Assembly (NCBI GenBank): GCA_965242925.1
Contig: CBDEUM010000022.1
Span: 224,001-288,000 of the forward strand
Direction of reading: 5' to 3'
DNA length: 64,000 nucleotides
DNA from: Roseibacillus sp.
GTDB lineage: Bacteria; Verrucomicrobiota; Verrucomicrobiia; Verrucomicrobiales; Akkermansiaceae
The first letter of the stretch is position 1. The number at the start of each line of letters is the position of its first letter. The notes below the pieces were generated by a model. The model saw nothing but the letters and a program-made list of their open reading frames with translations, did not search any database and had not been told where the DNA came from. The position numbers were made by a program, and so were the translations under genes. Of the stretch, positions 38,605-49,684 are shown in pieces.

Positions 38605-39513
38605 TTAGTTCCCTTCGCCCTCCCCTTCCCTGTCCACAAAACGCGTCAAAATAGGATATAGAGCCTCAACTGCCTGCGGCGGCCAAACGTCCCGGGCAGT
38701 AACAATCGCGGTATCCAGCACCCGGTGTTCCGGCCAGTCCGCCTGACCTGGAATGCGGTCGATCGCCCGCCCCACGATTCTCTGGGCTGCCGTTGCGTTG
38801 GCCTGCAGGTGACCGATCACAGCCTCCACATTGACTTCCTCATCCTTCCAGCAATCGTAGTCCGTGACCATGCACAAGGTGGCCAGCGCGATCTCCGCTT
38901 CCCGGGCCAGTTTCGCTTCGGGCAGGTTGGTCATCCCGATCACATCGAAGCCCAGTTTACGATTCACCTCACTCTCTGCCCGGGTGGAGAAGGCCGGTCC
39001 ATCCATGTTGACATAGGTGCCGCCAAAGTGAACTTCCAGATCCGGCTCCTCAAGGGAGGCCTCCTGCAGGATGCGCCTCAGCGGAGCGCTCACCGGCTCT
39101 CCAAAGGAGATATGGGCCGCGATTCCCTGTCCGAAGAAGGTGTGATGCTCCCGCCGACTGGTGCGGTCGAAATACTGATCGGGAATGACGAGTGCACGCG
39201 GGACATACTGCTCCTTCAGGCTGCCTACAGCGGTGACACAGATGATCCAGCGCACTCCCAGCGAGCGGAGAGCCCAGATATTGGCACGGTGATTGATTTC
39301 GTGAGGAAGGATGCGGTGTCCCCTGCCATGCCTCGGCAGAAACCAAACCTGCCGCCCGCCCAGGGTGCCCCCGATGAGGGCATCTGATGGAGAGCCGAAG
39401 GGAGTTTCCACCACTCGCTCCTCGCTCTGTTGAAATCCCTCCATCTCGTAGAGTCCGCTCCCCCCGATTACACCGATAGCCGTTCCCTGTCCCTCTTTGT
39501 CCTCCTGCTGCAT
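38605..39513 (-). CDS. mtnP: S-methyl-5'-thioadenosine phosphorylase
   Basis: IGGSGLY, TPFG.PS, RHGRGH, GPAFSTRAES, IGMTNLPEAKLAREAE, VTDYDCW. Confidence 0.95.
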   Translation of the reverse strand: MQQEDKEGQGTAIGVIGGSGLYEMEGFQQSEERVVETPFGSPSDALIGGTLGGRQVWFLPRHGRGHRILPHEINHRANIWALRSLGVRWIICVTAVGSLKEQYVPRALVIPDQYFDRTSRREHHTFFGQGIAAHISFGEPVSAPLRRILQEASLEEPDLEVHFGGTYVNMDGPAFSTRAESEVNRKLGFDVIGMTNLPEAKLAREAEIALATLCMVTDYDCWKDEEVNVEAVIGHLQANATAAQRIVGRAIDRIPGQADWPEHRVLDTAIVTARDVWPPQAVEALYPILTRFVDREGEGEGN

Positions 39514-39690
39514 GGCAATTTCCTACCATTGAAAAGGGGAAACAAGCCAGCTGTCCTCTTCAAAAACCTCTCCAAAAGAAACAGCTGTTGCTTCACCGCC
39601 GTAAATACTGGAATAGAAGCATGTCGATCCCGACCGATCCCTCGTGCTCCTTTCTCCGGTAGATTAACCAACCCGATCCGAACCGCCTTC

Positions 39691-40485
39691 ATGTCAGCCT
39701 CCCCGAAGTTCTCGCCTTCGGCTCCAAGCAGAACGCCCGCCACCCGGCTCCTCCTGTGGAGCAGGGCGCCCTTCTCCATCCTTTTTCTCCTCCTCGTGTC
39801 CGGACCGCTGAGTGCCCAGAATCCCGCTCCCCGGGGGCTACCAACCTCCCCCCGTGCCCGTGCTGCTGCCGAACGCGTACAAGAGGAGCTGACCCGTGAT
39901 CTCGCGGAGACCGGAATGCGTTACGGCAATCCGGTATTCATCCGCATCCTGAAGGAAGAGGGCCAACTCGAACTCTTCATGCAGGAAGTGGGCAAGGAGA
40001 CCTTCAAACTCTTCCGCACCTATGACATCGTGGCCATGTCCGGTCGGCTTGGTCCCAAGGAACGAGAAGGCGACCTGCAGGCTCCCGAGGGATTCTACTA
40101 TGTCCCTCCCCGCCGCATGAATCCCCACAGCCGGTTTCATCTCTCCTTCAACCTCGGGTATCCCAATACCTACGACCGGGCCCACAACCGCGACGGCAGC
40201 CATCTCATGGTGCATGGCAACCGCGTCTCAATCGGATGCTTCGCGATGACCGACCGGAAGATCGAGGAAATCTACACTCTCTGCCATGCTGCCCTGGCCA
40301 ATGGTCAGAAGTTCTTTCGTGTGCACGCCTTCCCCTTCCGCATGACTGCAGGACGCATGGAGCAGGCCCGGACCAGCAGGTGGCATCCCTTCTGGAAGAA
40401 CCTCGGGCAGGGCTACGATTTCTTCGAGAAAAACAAGGTTCCCCCTGATGTGCAGGTAACCGGGAAGCGCTACCTCTTCGATTAG
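39691..40485 (+). CDS. L,D-transpeptidase family protein (YafK/DpaA-like)
   Basis: GPKEREGDLQAPEGFY, NP.SRFHLSFNLGYPN, MVHGNRVSIGCFAM. Confidence 0.9.
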   Translation: MSASPKFSPSAPSRTPATRLLLWSRAPFSILFLLLVSGPLSAQNPAPRGLPTSPRARAAAERVQEELTRDLAETGMRYGNPVFIRILKEEGQLELFMQEVGKETFKLFRTYDIVAMSGRLGPKEREGDLQAPEGFYYVPPRRMNPHSRFHLSFNLGYPNTYDRAHNRDGSHLMVHGNRVSIGCFAMTDRKIEEIYTLCHAALANGQKFFRVHAFPFRMTAGRMEQARTSRWHPFWKNLGQGYDFFEKNKVPPDVQVTGKRYLFD

Positions 40486-40489
40486 AAGC

Positions 40490-41413
40490 CTAGCCAGTCT
40501 CCGGCATGAAGGTCGGCATGGTGACCCCTCGGAAGTCCCGGGCCTCCCCACGCACCTGGGCCACGTGCATCTCACAGTTGCGCGCGCCCCACTGGTACAG
40601 CGATGCCACCAGACTCTCCGCGCGGGCCGGCACCAGAAAGACCGGCTGGCGATTGGGCATGGCGGCCAACTGCACCTGGATCAGGGCGAGGGCATCGGCG
40701 TCGGAACGCATGACTCCTGGTCCGAGCATGTTGCTCCCAGAATGATCGATTGAGCAGAGAAAGCCGTCGATGCCCCCTCCTGTGTCCTCGATTACAAAGA
40801 CCCGCCACACCTTCTGCTCGTTCCGGATGAAATACTCGTAGTCCTTGCTGCGCCGGATTCCGCTGATCTCTTCCTCCAGATCCACCATCGCGGCCACATC
40901 GTCCATGACCGCCTCCCGCACGCGCTCTGCTCCGGGCGGTGCCTCGGGAGGGGGCTTGTTCGCCGGCAGGCAGATATCCTGGTACAACTCCCGCGGGGAA
41001 AACCCCGCCCGCGTGTAGAGGGAATAGGAGTCAAGGTTCATGCAACTGGAGACCAGGCGCACCGGCAGGCTCCCGGCCCGGCGGATGATCTCGGCCAGCA
41101 ACGCCCGCGCCACACCCCGGCCTGCGAAATCCGGATGGGCATTCATGATTCCAAGGGACACGTGCGTCTCCCGGGGATGATAGAAACAGGATCCCATCAA
41201 GCGTCCATCCTCCTCCTCCGCCACCAGGCAACACCCCGGATCGAGGGCCTCGTAGACTTCGGGGAAGACCAGGCAGCCGGAGGCATCATCCCGCTGAAAG
41301 ATCGAACGGTTGAGGTTGGCCTCATACCAGGCGTTGGTTGAAACATGGATCAACTCCGCCACTGCCATCCACTCGTCGCTGTGCAATTCCCGGATCCTCA
41401 TTGGATTCGTCAT
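40490..41413 (-). CDS. GNAT family N-acetyltransferase
   Basis: HPDFAGRGVARALL, LYTRAGF. Confidence 0.85.
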   Translation of the reverse strand: MTNPMRIRELHSDEWMAVAELIHVSTNAWYEANLNRSIFQRDDASGCLVFPEVYEALDPGCCLVAEEEDGRLMGSCFYHPRETHVSLGIMNAHPDFAGRGVARALLAEIIRRAGSLPVRLVSSCMNLDSYSLYTRAGFSPRELYQDICLPANKPPPEAPPGAERVREAVMDDVAAMVDLEEEISGIRRSKDYEYFIRNEQKVWRVFVIEDTGGGIDGFLCSIDHSGSNMLGPGVMRSDADALALIQVQLAAMPNRQPVFLVPARAESLVASLYQWGARNCEMHVAQVRGEARDFRGVTMPTFMPETG

Positions 41414-42058
41414 AGCGCAGACAGGCCGGATGCTCCAAACCTCAAATCCCGGCGGGGCCGGCAATTGAAGCCGATACAGTCCGGACCAATGCTCCACGCA
41501 ACCACCCTGCCACGCTCTTCATCTCAACCGAACAAGGTGTTCCGGACAAGTGGGCATGAATCGACGGTCCCTGCTCCGTTAGCCCCTACGGGATCCACTG
41601 CCAGGCTGCACAAAGATGAAACTGCAGGCCTCAACCCTTGTCCGAACTGCCGTTCCCAGCCTTCCCCGCATTACGACCGCGGAAGACCCCACCGTCTTCG
41701 CAAAGGACCACAAGGCAATTCCGGTCATGGCACGGAAGGAGCCCTGGTTCCAGCTTATCGCCTCATCCGATGACATCCCATGCTGTGCCAGCCGGGGCGG
41801 GCGGATGGCCGCGTGGCGCCCGTAGACCCCACAGGGAATGTGAAGGATGGGCTACCGGATTCTTGCCCCCGGTGTATATTTCAGGCAGGAGGCTGTGACT
41901 GGCAGCAAGCAGTCGAAGTCTCCTCTCGATCGTCCGCCTCCAGTTTCGGGTTGGCGACCCGGAATATGATGGGACCTTGCGATGCCCTCATCCGCTGATA
42001 GAACCGGAGGCGGATCTCCTCGGTGGGCAGATCCAGAAACGATGAAAGGACCAAGAGA

Positions 42059-45000
42059 GTGAGAACATTAGTCACCGTGCCCGTTATCATCCTCACGGGA
42101 CTCCTGTCAGCAAGAGGATCGGACTGGACGACCTGGCGGGCGGACTCTGCCCGGAGCGGCTATACCAAGGACGCCCTTCCGCAGAAGCTGGCGCTCTGCT
42201 GGTCGTGGACGCCGCGACACGCGCCGCGTTCGGCCTGGCCGCGCGACGAGCGCATGAAGTTTGACCGCGCGAATCACGTCGTGGTGGCTGGCGGGATGGT
42301 CTTCTTTGGGAGTTCCGCCGATGGGACGGTGAGCGCGCTTGACGCTGCGACAGGTGTGCTCAAGTGGCGATTCTTCACGGAAGGACCGGTACGATTTGCG
42401 CCCGTGGCATGGAAGGATGAGCTCTTTGTGGTTAGCGATGACGGTCATCTCTACTGCCTCAACCAGCGGAAGGGCACCTTGATCAAGCGCTGGCGGGGAG
42501 GGCCGCGTGAGGATCGCGTGCTCGGAAACTCTCAGATGACCTCCAAGTGGCCCGCGCGCGGAGGACCGGTGATTCAACACGGGGTGCTCTACTGGGCGGC
42601 CGGCATCTGGCAATCAGAGGGCGTTTTCATTCGAGCGCTGGATCTGGATACTGGAAAGCTCCTGTGGACCAATGACAGCGCAGGGGAGATCAACATGCCG
42701 CAACCCCACGGAGGGGCCAACGCGAAGAGCGGTGTGTCGGCTCAGGGATACCTTCTGGCCAACGACGAACGCCTGTTCGTGCCAACCGGTCGCGCGGTCC
42801 CCGCCGCCTTCAACCGGGCCACCGGCAAGTTCGATTACTACCATCTGCAAAAAAACGGCCAACGAGGCGGCACCTCGGCCATGCTGGCGGGAGAGCTGAT
42901 TTACAACGGCGGTTACACCTACTGGACGAAAGCCGGATCGCTGCTTGGCAGTCGCACTCCGGCAACCGTGGCCACCATTCCCGGGGGGGTGGTGCAGGGA
43001 TCGGAGAATCGTCTGCAGGGGTTGGCGGTGGTGATGAAGGAGCAGAAAGACAACAAGGGAAACGTCGTTAAGGTGCCCACGAGGCAAAACCTCTGGGAGG
43101 TGAAAGGAATCCCGGCGGGAACGTCCCTGATTGCGGCCGGTGACGCGGTCGTGACGAGTGGTGGAAACAAAATCGCGATGGTGAAGGCGAAGGATGGGGA
43201 ATCGATTTGGTCCTCCGAAGTCGACGACGTGGCTCATGGCCTGGCCGTTTCGGACGGCCGCTTGTTTGTAAGCACCGCCAGTGGAGCGGTGCATTGCTTC
43301 GCGGCCAAGAACGGCGAACCAGTCCTTCACCGGTCAGAATCGATCGATGCACCCTACGGCGGGAATGAGGCGATCTCGCAGGCAGCCAGCGAGATCCTCA
43401 AGCAATCTGGAATCACCGCGGGCTACTGCGTCGATCTTGGCTGTGGCGACGGGCGACTGGCTTATGAACTGGCCAGGCAATCCGATCTTCTGGTAGTGGC
43501 GATCGATCCCGATCCAGCGAAGGCCGCCCTGGCGCGCAAGAATCTCGATGCCGCCGGCTTCCTGGGTGCGCGGGTGAGCGTGCATGTGGGCGACCCTTCA
43601 AAGTCTTCCTTCCCGAAGCACTTTGCCAATCTGGTAGTTTCCCGCAGCTCCCTCGAGGCGGGGGCAGCGGTGGTGAATACCTCCGAGGCGCAGCGCCTGC
43701 AGAGACCGTTCGGGGGCGTGGTGTGTCTGGGCCGCCCGGGGGCGATGTCTGTTCACACTCGGGGTGCGCTCGCGAATGCCGGTGAGTGGACGCATCAATA
43801 TTCCAGTCCGGCCAACACTCTCTGCTCGACGGACTCGATCAAGGGACCGTTGACGGCGGTCTGGTTTCGCGACATCGATCTCAACCTCCCGCAGCGCCAC
43901 GGTCGTGGGCCGTCTCCGCTCTTCCACGAGGGAAGACTGATCGTGGAAGGGCTCGACGAACTGATCGCAGTGGATGCCTACAATGGACTGCCGCTCTGGC
44001 GCTTTGAACAGAAGGGCGTGCTCGCCGCCTACAATGCCGATCACCTTGTCGGCACTGCGGTGACCGGTAGCAATTTCTGCATCGCGGGCGGCAATGTTTT
44101 TCTTCGTAATGGCACCAAGTGCTTTCGAATCGAAGCCGCGACCGGGAAACTTCTGGCGACCTATGAAACGCCGAAGAGCCCGGACGGGACTGTCGCGGCC
44201 TGGGGCTATGTGGCCTCTGAGGATGGCGTGCTCTATGGCTCGGCGGCAAACGAAGAGCATATCGTGCGTCACGCCTACATCCGTGCGGACAAGGAAATGG
44301 GGCAGCAGTTTTCGGAATCGAGTTCCTTTTTTGCGCTCGAGGCCGAGACCGGGAAGTTGCTGTGGCGCTACGATGCACAAGAATCCATTCGTCACAACGC
44401 GATCGCGATTGGAGCCGGCCGGGTGCACTTGATCGACCGGGCGGTTGCGCCGGGGGATCTGCTCACGGGCCCGCGGGGCAAGGATCCCAAGGGGCAGAAG
44501 CCATCCGGTCATCCGACCGGAAAGCTCTTCACTTTTAGCGCAAAGACGGGCGAAAAGCTCTGGGATTCCGACCACGACATCTTCGGCACCACTCTGGCCT
44601 TCAGCGAACGCCACGACACCCTTTTGATGTTTTATCAGCCCACCAGGTTCCGTCTTCCTTCGGAAACTGGTGGCCGTATCGCAGCCTTCCGTGCGGGGGC
44701 CGGAGATCGATTATGGGAGAGCAAGGTCAACTACTCCACCCGCCCCTTGATCAACTATGACACCATCATTGCTCACCCGGTGGCCCTCAACCTGGTTTCC
44801 GGGAAGCCTGTGGCATTGAACGTGCCCAAGTCATACGGATGCGGGCAGATAGCGGGATCGCGCAATCTTCTCGTCTTCCGGTCGGGCACGCTCGGCTACT
44901 ACGATTTCACTCGCAAAGCCGGCACCGAGAACTATGGAGGACTCCGCCCCGGGTGCTGGATCAATGCCCTGCCGGTCGGGGGATTAGTTCTCGTTCCGGA

Positions 45001-45067
45001 CGCGTCCTCCGGCTGCAAATGCAGCTACCAGAACCGCGCGTGGGTGGCCCTGGAGGGCAGTGACTGA
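42059..45067 (+). CDS. PQQ-like beta-propeller / class I SAM-methyltransferase-like / beta-propeller protein
   Basis: DWTTWRAD..RSG, repeated ALDA.TG..W motifs, central VDLGCGDG, C-terminal YGCG...RPGCW...CKCSY; GTG start with AAAGGA SD. Confidence 0.82.
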   Translation: MRTLVTVPVIILTGLLSARGSDWTTWRADSARSGYTKDALPQKLALCWSWTPRHAPRSAWPRDERMKFDRANHVVVAGGMVFFGSSADGTVSALDAATGVLKWRFFTEGPVRFAPVAWKDELFVVSDDGHLYCLNQRKGTLIKRWRGGPREDRVLGNSQMTSKWPARGGPVIQHGVLYWAAGIWQSEGVFIRALDLDTGKLLWTNDSAGEINMPQPHGGANAKSGVSAQGYLLANDERLFVPTGRAVPAAFNRATGKFDYYHLQKNGQRGGTSAMLAGELIYNGGYTYWTKAGSLLGSRTPATVATIPGGVVQGSENRLQGLAVVMKEQKDNKGNVVKVPTRQNLWEVKGIPAGTSLIAAGDAVVTSGGNKIAMVKAKDGESIWSSEVDDVAHGLAVSDGRLFVSTASGAVHCFAAKNGEPVLHRSESIDAPYGGNEAISQAASEILKQSGITAGYCVDLGCGDGRLAYELARQSDLLVVAIDPDPAKAALARKNLDAAGFLGARVSVHVGDPSKSSFPKHFANLVVSRSSLEAGAAVVNTSEAQRLQRPFGGVVCLGRPGAMSVHTRGALANAGEWTHQYSSPANTLCSTDSIKGPLTAVWFRDIDLNLPQRHGRGPSPLFHEGRLIVEGLDELIAVDAYNGLPLWRFEQKGVLAAYNADHLVGTAVTGSNFCIAGGNVFLRNGTKCFRIEAATGKLLATYETPKSPDGTVAAWGYVASEDGVLYGSAANEEHIVRHAYIRADKEMGQQFSESSSFFALEAETGKLLWRYDAQESIRHNAIAIGAGRVHLIDRAVAPGDLLTGPRGKDPKGQKPSGHPTGKLFTFSAKTGEKLWDSDHDIFGTTLAFSERHDTLLMFYQPTRFRLPSETGGRIAAFRAGAGDRLWESKVNYSTRPLINYDTIIAHPVALNLVSGKPVALNVPKSYGCGQIAGSRNLLVFRSGTLGYYDFTRKAGTENYGGLRPGCWINALPVGGLVLVPDASSGCKCSYQNRAWVALEGSD

Positions 45068-45230
45068 ATCTGCTGCCTCATTACCACCTGATTCCTCGCC
45101 CCGCTCGTCCCAATCTACCCAGGCCTGCGGGTGTTGGCGAGGCCCAGAAGACCTGTCCCGGGATCCGGGGACGACCGCGCCGGGCGGCAAAGTGTTTGCA
45201 CTAGGATCGCTTCAGCGCACGCAGAGCGGC

Positions 45231-46607
45231 CTACTTCGCACCGTAGTCTTTCCCCGTCTGACTCCGCTCGCATGACTTGACCCACGCTTCCAGTGCGGCA
45301 CGCATCTGTTTGACCCTCTGTGTTTGGCCGCTGGCGAGGTCGCTCTTTTCGTAGGGATCCGCGACCATGTCGTAAAGTTCATATCCGGCGTCCCTGCCCT
45401 TGCGCCGCAGTAACTTGTAGCGACCGTCTTGCAGAGCACGCCATCCTTTGGCGGCGAAGCCAACCGGTTCCGTGCGTTCAAATGGCTCGCCGCGAATCAG
45501 CTTCATCACACTCACGCCATCGTAGGGACGGGCGGGCATCGGCATGCCGATCATTTCCAGGATCGTGGGAAACAGATCAGTCGTGACCACCATGGCCTGT
45601 TCGACACGGGACTGCCTGACCACGGCGGGCCATTCCAGAATGCCCGGCACACGCACGCCGCCCTCGTAAAGGTTCCCTTTGCTGCCTCGGAACGGCCCCT
45701 TCGAACCGGGGCCCTGGGAATCGTCAAGGTCGCCCTTGAGGTTCGGACCGTTGTCGCTGCAAAACCAGAGCATGGTGTTGTCGGCGATCTTGAGTGCGCG
45801 CAGTTCGTTGCGCAGGCGCCCCATGGCTGCGTCGATGGCGGTCAGGTTCGAGTAGTAGACACCCTTCTTGCCTTCCGCAGCATACAACTGTTGATACTTC
45901 GGGATCATGCCAAGGGGGTTGTGGACCGCATGGAAGCAGACGAAGGCAAAGAAGGGCTTGTCGGGGTGCTGGGTGCATTTGCGGATCCATTGGAGCGTTC
46001 GGTCCATCACGATCGCCGAGTCGTCTCCGGTGATGCCTTGGGATTCGGGGACGTAACGGCCATTGTGGTAGTAGTGTTGGTCCCTGGCAAATTTGCCGTC
46101 GTACGGGTTGTAGGTCGGCAGGACGTTGCGGGTCGTAAACCACTCCTCAAATCCGGCGAGGCCCGGATGCATGATGTGGGCCGGATCCTTTTCGTTGACG
46201 ATGTCGCCGAGATGCCACTTGCCGAAATGGCCGCTGGTGTAGCCGGCGCCTTGAGTCGCCTCCGCCAGCGTGATCTCTCCGGCTGGCAGGTGACCGCGTC
46301 CGGAAGCGATGGGCCCACCGATGCCCATTCGAAGATTGTTGCGACCGGTCAGTGTGCCGGCGCGTGTGGGGCTGCACATCGATGCGTTGGCGTAGAACCG
46401 TTCGAAGCGGATGCCGTGGCTGGCCATTTTGTCGAGGTGAGGCGTTTTGACGATCTTGTGGCCGTAGCACGCCACATCGCCCCAGCCCTGGTCATCGGTC
46501 ATGCAGATGATGATGTTCGGTTTGGTCGGCGACGCGGCACCGGCGAATCGGACCGAGCTCAGGAGCACCGTGGCCAGCGCAAACAGGGTCAGGATGGCTC
46601 GGGACAT
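45231..46607 (-). CDS. Cys-type S1 sulfatase, secreted
   Basis: TDDQGWGD, CSPTRAG.LTGR, GKWHLG, SDNGP, KGNLYEGGVRVP. Confidence 0.95.
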   Translation of the reverse strand: MSRAILTLFALATVLLSSVRFAGAASPTKPNIIICMTDDQGWGDVACYGHKIVKTPHLDKMASHGIRFERFYANASMCSPTRAGTLTGRNNLRMGIGGPIASGRGHLPAGEITLAEATQGAGYTSGHFGKWHLGDIVNEKDPAHIMHPGLAGFEEWFTTRNVLPTYNPYDGKFARDQHYYHNGRYVPESQGITGDDSAIVMDRTLQWIRKCTQHPDKPFFAFVCFHAVHNPLGMIPKYQQLYAAEGKKGVYYSNLTAIDAAMGRLRNELRALKIADNTMLWFCSDNGPNLKGDLDDSQGPGSKGPFRGSKGNLYEGGVRVPGILEWPAVVRQSRVEQAMVVTTDLFPTILEMIGMPMPARPYDGVSVMKLIRGEPFERTEPVGFAAKGWRALQDGRYKLLRRKGRDAGYELYDMVADPYEKSDLASGQTQRVKQMRAALEAWVKSCERSQTGKDYGAK

Positions 46608-46857
46608 ATTTCGATGTAGCTCATTCGACATCCAGGATACGCGGCATACTATGGATACGCCCGAGGCCGAATCTAATTCTTCTGGTCTTGGGACCCGTGC
46701 ACATGTTGACCGGCACCGATGGCCATGGGATTGGTTGATGCCCCCTCCCAGGGAATTCCACGAGCGGGGTTTGGTTGAAGTGAGCTTCAGCGGTTTGCTG
46801 CTCGCCCGGTCTCGTTCTTGGTTGCTTCGAACGGCGCCCCCCTGCTTGATCACTGGC

Positions 46858-47529
46858 ATGGGGAACCACATCCGGGAACAAGCGCTTCAGACCATTGCGG
46901 ACAAGTTGGGCGAACTGGATCTTCCACATCCTGTGCGAGTAGGGGTCGACGGGGTCAGCGCCTCGGGCAAGACGGTTTTTTCGGATGAATTGGCGGCTGT
47001 TTTGCGAGGCAGGAAACGCGAGGTGATTCGGGCGGGCCTGGACGGGTTTCACAACCCGCCGGAAATTCGTCACCGGCAAGGTCCGACCTCCGTCGATGGC
47101 TACCTCGAGGACTCCTTCGATTTCGAGGCGGTCCGCAGATGCGTGCTCGATCCCCTGGGTCCCGGGGGGAATCGTCTTTACCGGGCCGAGATCTACGACC
47201 ACAAGACGGAACAGGCGCGCGAGGTCCCTGTGGTTGCTGCGGATCCCAGGGCGATTCTGGTGTTCGAAGGCGTCACCTTGTTCCGCAAGGAAATCGTCGC
47301 TGGCTTTGATTTCAAAATCCTCGTGCAGGTTTCCTTCGAGGTTGCGTTGGAGCGAGCCAAGACGAGAGACCTCGGCCATTTCGGGGACATGGAGACTTTG
47401 CTGACCAAGTACCGCAAGCGCTTCATTCCCGCCCAAAGACGCTACCTCGAGCAATCTCGCGCGGCGAGCCAGGCAGATCTCGTGCTGGTCAACGACGACT
47501 GGGCCCGGCCGACCCTGGAATTCTCCTAG
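46858..47529 (+). CDS. Uridine kinase-like P-loop kinase
   Basis: VGVDGVSASGKT, DGFHNP, Y.EDSFD, LVFEG. Confidence 0.85.
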   Translation: MGNHIREQALQTIADKLGELDLPHPVRVGVDGVSASGKTVFSDELAAVLRGRKREVIRAGLDGFHNPPEIRHRQGPTSVDGYLEDSFDFEAVRRCVLDPLGPGGNRLYRAEIYDHKTEQAREVPVVAADPRAILVFEGVTLFRKEIVAGFDFKILVQVSFEVALERAKTRDLGHFGDMETLLTKYRKRFIPAQRRYLEQSRAASQADLVLVNDDWARPTLEFS

Positions 47530-47761
47530 CCGGCCAGCTGTGAACTTCTGGTTTCCGACTCCATTGCGACCTGATTGCACGACCTCTCCCGCTTTTTCAA
47601 TCAACTGCCGGGTCTTCCGGTTCTGCCGGTAAAGCACTTCGCCGGGGCTTACCAGTTGGTTCCAGTGCTTCTGGAAAATAAGGGCGAATTCCTTTCAGTG
47701 CCCCATGATCAGGGAGCTAGCGGAGTGCCCCAGCAAAACCCCGAATGTTATCGGGCCGGCG

Positions 47762-48472
47762 TCACCCACCTCCCCTGAAAAACCGCAGCATCCATTCTCC
47801 GAACACGCAATGATCCGCGCTTCCCTGCTGCAACGATTGTTCGGCCCGCTCCACCACCTCCGGCGGGATCCTGTCCAGCCTGGTATGCATCAGGTCCCGC
47901 GCATATCCCGGGGTGAATTCGGGGTGGCCCTGCACGCCCAGCATGTGCTCCCCGACACCATACATGTAATGCGGACAAAAATCGCTGCCGGCAAGCAACT
48001 CTGCCCGATCGGGCAAAACGCTGACTTGGTCCTGGTGGCTGACGAGCAACCGCAGATTCTGGAGCACCGGACGCATCCACGGCCGACTCACGGCAATACG
48101 GTTTTCCGAGAAGCCCACACCCCAGCCCAACGGAGAACGCTCAACCGATCCTCCCAGCGCCTCCGCCAGCAATTGATGGCCAAAACAAACGCCTACGAAC
48201 CTCACCTTGTTCTCATCCAGACGTCTAACAAACCCCTTCAGCCGCTCCACCCAGTCCAATCCGTCATCCAGTCCGTGTTGACTGCCAGTGGTGAGGTAGG
48301 CGTCGCAATCACTCAATGTGGCGGGGTATTCCCCCTTTCTGACATCGAACACGCGTAAACGCACGGAAGAGTCTAACATGGAGAAATAATTACCGAACAT
48401 TTCGGGGTAATTCCCGTGCTTCGGTTGCAGGCTATCCCTGACATCGTCGCACTGTAACAATCCTATCTTCAC
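47762..48472 (-). CDS. Class I glutamine amidotransferase-like hydrolase
   Basis: TGS, GVCFGHQ (Cys), SHQDQV, QGHPEF (His-Glu). Confidence 0.9.
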   Translation of the reverse strand: MKIGLLQCDDVRDSLQPKHGNYPEMFGNYFSMLDSSVRLRVFDVRKGEYPATLSDCDAYLTTGSQHGLDDGLDWVERLKGFVRRLDENKVRFVGVCFGHQLLAEALGGSVERSPLGWGVGFSENRIAVSRPWMRPVLQNLRLLVSHQDQVSVLPDRAELLAGSDFCPHYMYGVGEHMLGVQGHPEFTPGYARDLMHTRLDRIPPEVVERAEQSLQQGSADHCVFGEWMLRFFRGGG

Positions 48473-48490
48473 TCTTCATTCTTGTTCGTT

Positions 48491-49660
48491 TTAGTGATCA
48501 CCCGCCAAAGCTTTGGCACAGAGTTCGGCGTATTCTCGCGCGTCCAAGGCGATCGGGTTGCCGGCGGCGCTGGGATCGCGCTCTGACATTTGGCCGATGC
48601 GCTCCAGATCCTCCGAGCGGACGCCGACCAGGGTAAGATCGTGGGGAATCCCCAACTCCCGACGCAAATCCAACACCCACTGAAGAAAGGCTTCGAAACT
48701 GTCGTCGCCGAGATCGAGATAACGCGCCAAACGGCAAATCCGTTCCTCTATCGCGGATTGGTTACGCTTCAGCACATAGGGCATCAAGATGGCATTGAGC
48801 AATCCGTGATGCGCGTCATACAGGGCTCCCAAACTGTGCGCCAGCGCGTGCATTCCTCCCAAGCCCTTTTGGAAAGCGGTCGCTCCCATGGCAGAAGCCA
48901 CCAACATCTGCATCCGTGCCTCCAAGTCGTCTCCCTGGGCCGTGGCCCTCGGCAGATACCGTTGCACCAGCCGGCACCCTTCCACCGCGATACCCTCTGC
49001 CATCGGGTGATAAAAAGGGGAACACAAGGCCTCCAGATTATGGGACAGGGCGTCCATTCCCGTGGCCGCCGTCAGTTTGGCCGGCAAACCTACGGTCAAC
49101 TCGGGGTCCAGCACCACCGCCTTGGGCAGCATCAAGGGATGAAAGATGATCTTTTTCACCTGCTGGGCCTCGTCGGTAATCACCGAAGCCCGGCCCACTT
49201 CGGAACCGGTGCCCGCCGTGGTGGGAATGGCAATCACCGGAGCGATTCCCTCCGGGTCCGCTTTGGTCCAATTGTCCCCCACGTCCTCGAATTCCCAAAT
49301 AGGCAACCGCTGGGCGGCCATCAGGGCGACCGCCTTGCCCACATCCAGACCCGATCCTCCGCCCAAGGCAATCACGCCGTCGCAACCGCCCTTGCGATAA
49401 TCCTCAACGCCGGCTTCGACATTTGCTCCATTCGGATTGAGCTTGATGGCGTCGAACAACTCCGCCGACAACCCCGCCTCAGCGAGCGACTCCAGCATTG
49501 ATGCGGTCATCGGCAAAGCCGACACCCCCGGGTCCGTCACCAGCAATGGTTTGCTTATTCCCCGGTCACGGCACAACTGCGGCAAGGCTGCCACAGATCC
49601 CGCGCCGGCCTTGATCGCGTTGGGATAATTCCAGTTTCCCGTCAATTCTACATACTCCAT
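48491..49660 (-). CDS. Iron-containing alcohol dehydrogenase
   Basis: GGGSGLD, PTTAGTGSE, DALSH, HALAH...HHG. Confidence 0.95.
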   Translation of the reverse strand: MEYVELTGNWNYPNAIKAGAGSVAALPQLCRDRGISKPLLVTDPGVSALPMTASMLESLAEAGLSAELFDAIKLNPNGANVEAGVEDYRKGGCDGVIALGGGSGLDVGKAVALMAAQRLPIWEFEDVGDNWTKADPEGIAPVIAIPTTAGTGSEVGRASVITDEAQQVKKIIFHPLMLPKAVVLDPELTVGLPAKLTAATGMDALSHNLEALCSPFYHPMAEGIAVEGCRLVQRYLPRATAQGDDLEARMQMLVASAMGATAFQKGLGGMHALAHSLGALYDAHHGLLNAILMPYVLKRNQSAIEERICRLARYLDLGDDSFEAFLQWVLDLRRELGIPHDLTLVGVRSEDLERIGQMSERDPSAAGNPIALDAREYAELCAKALAGDH

Positions 49661-49684
49661 AGATAATCCGATTCACTCGCTGAG

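Noticed and set aside
41414..42050. Small ORFs in the 640-nt spacer (e.g. 41616-41825)
   Set aside because: No recognisable motif or convincing RBS; may be decayed sequence but cannot be supported.
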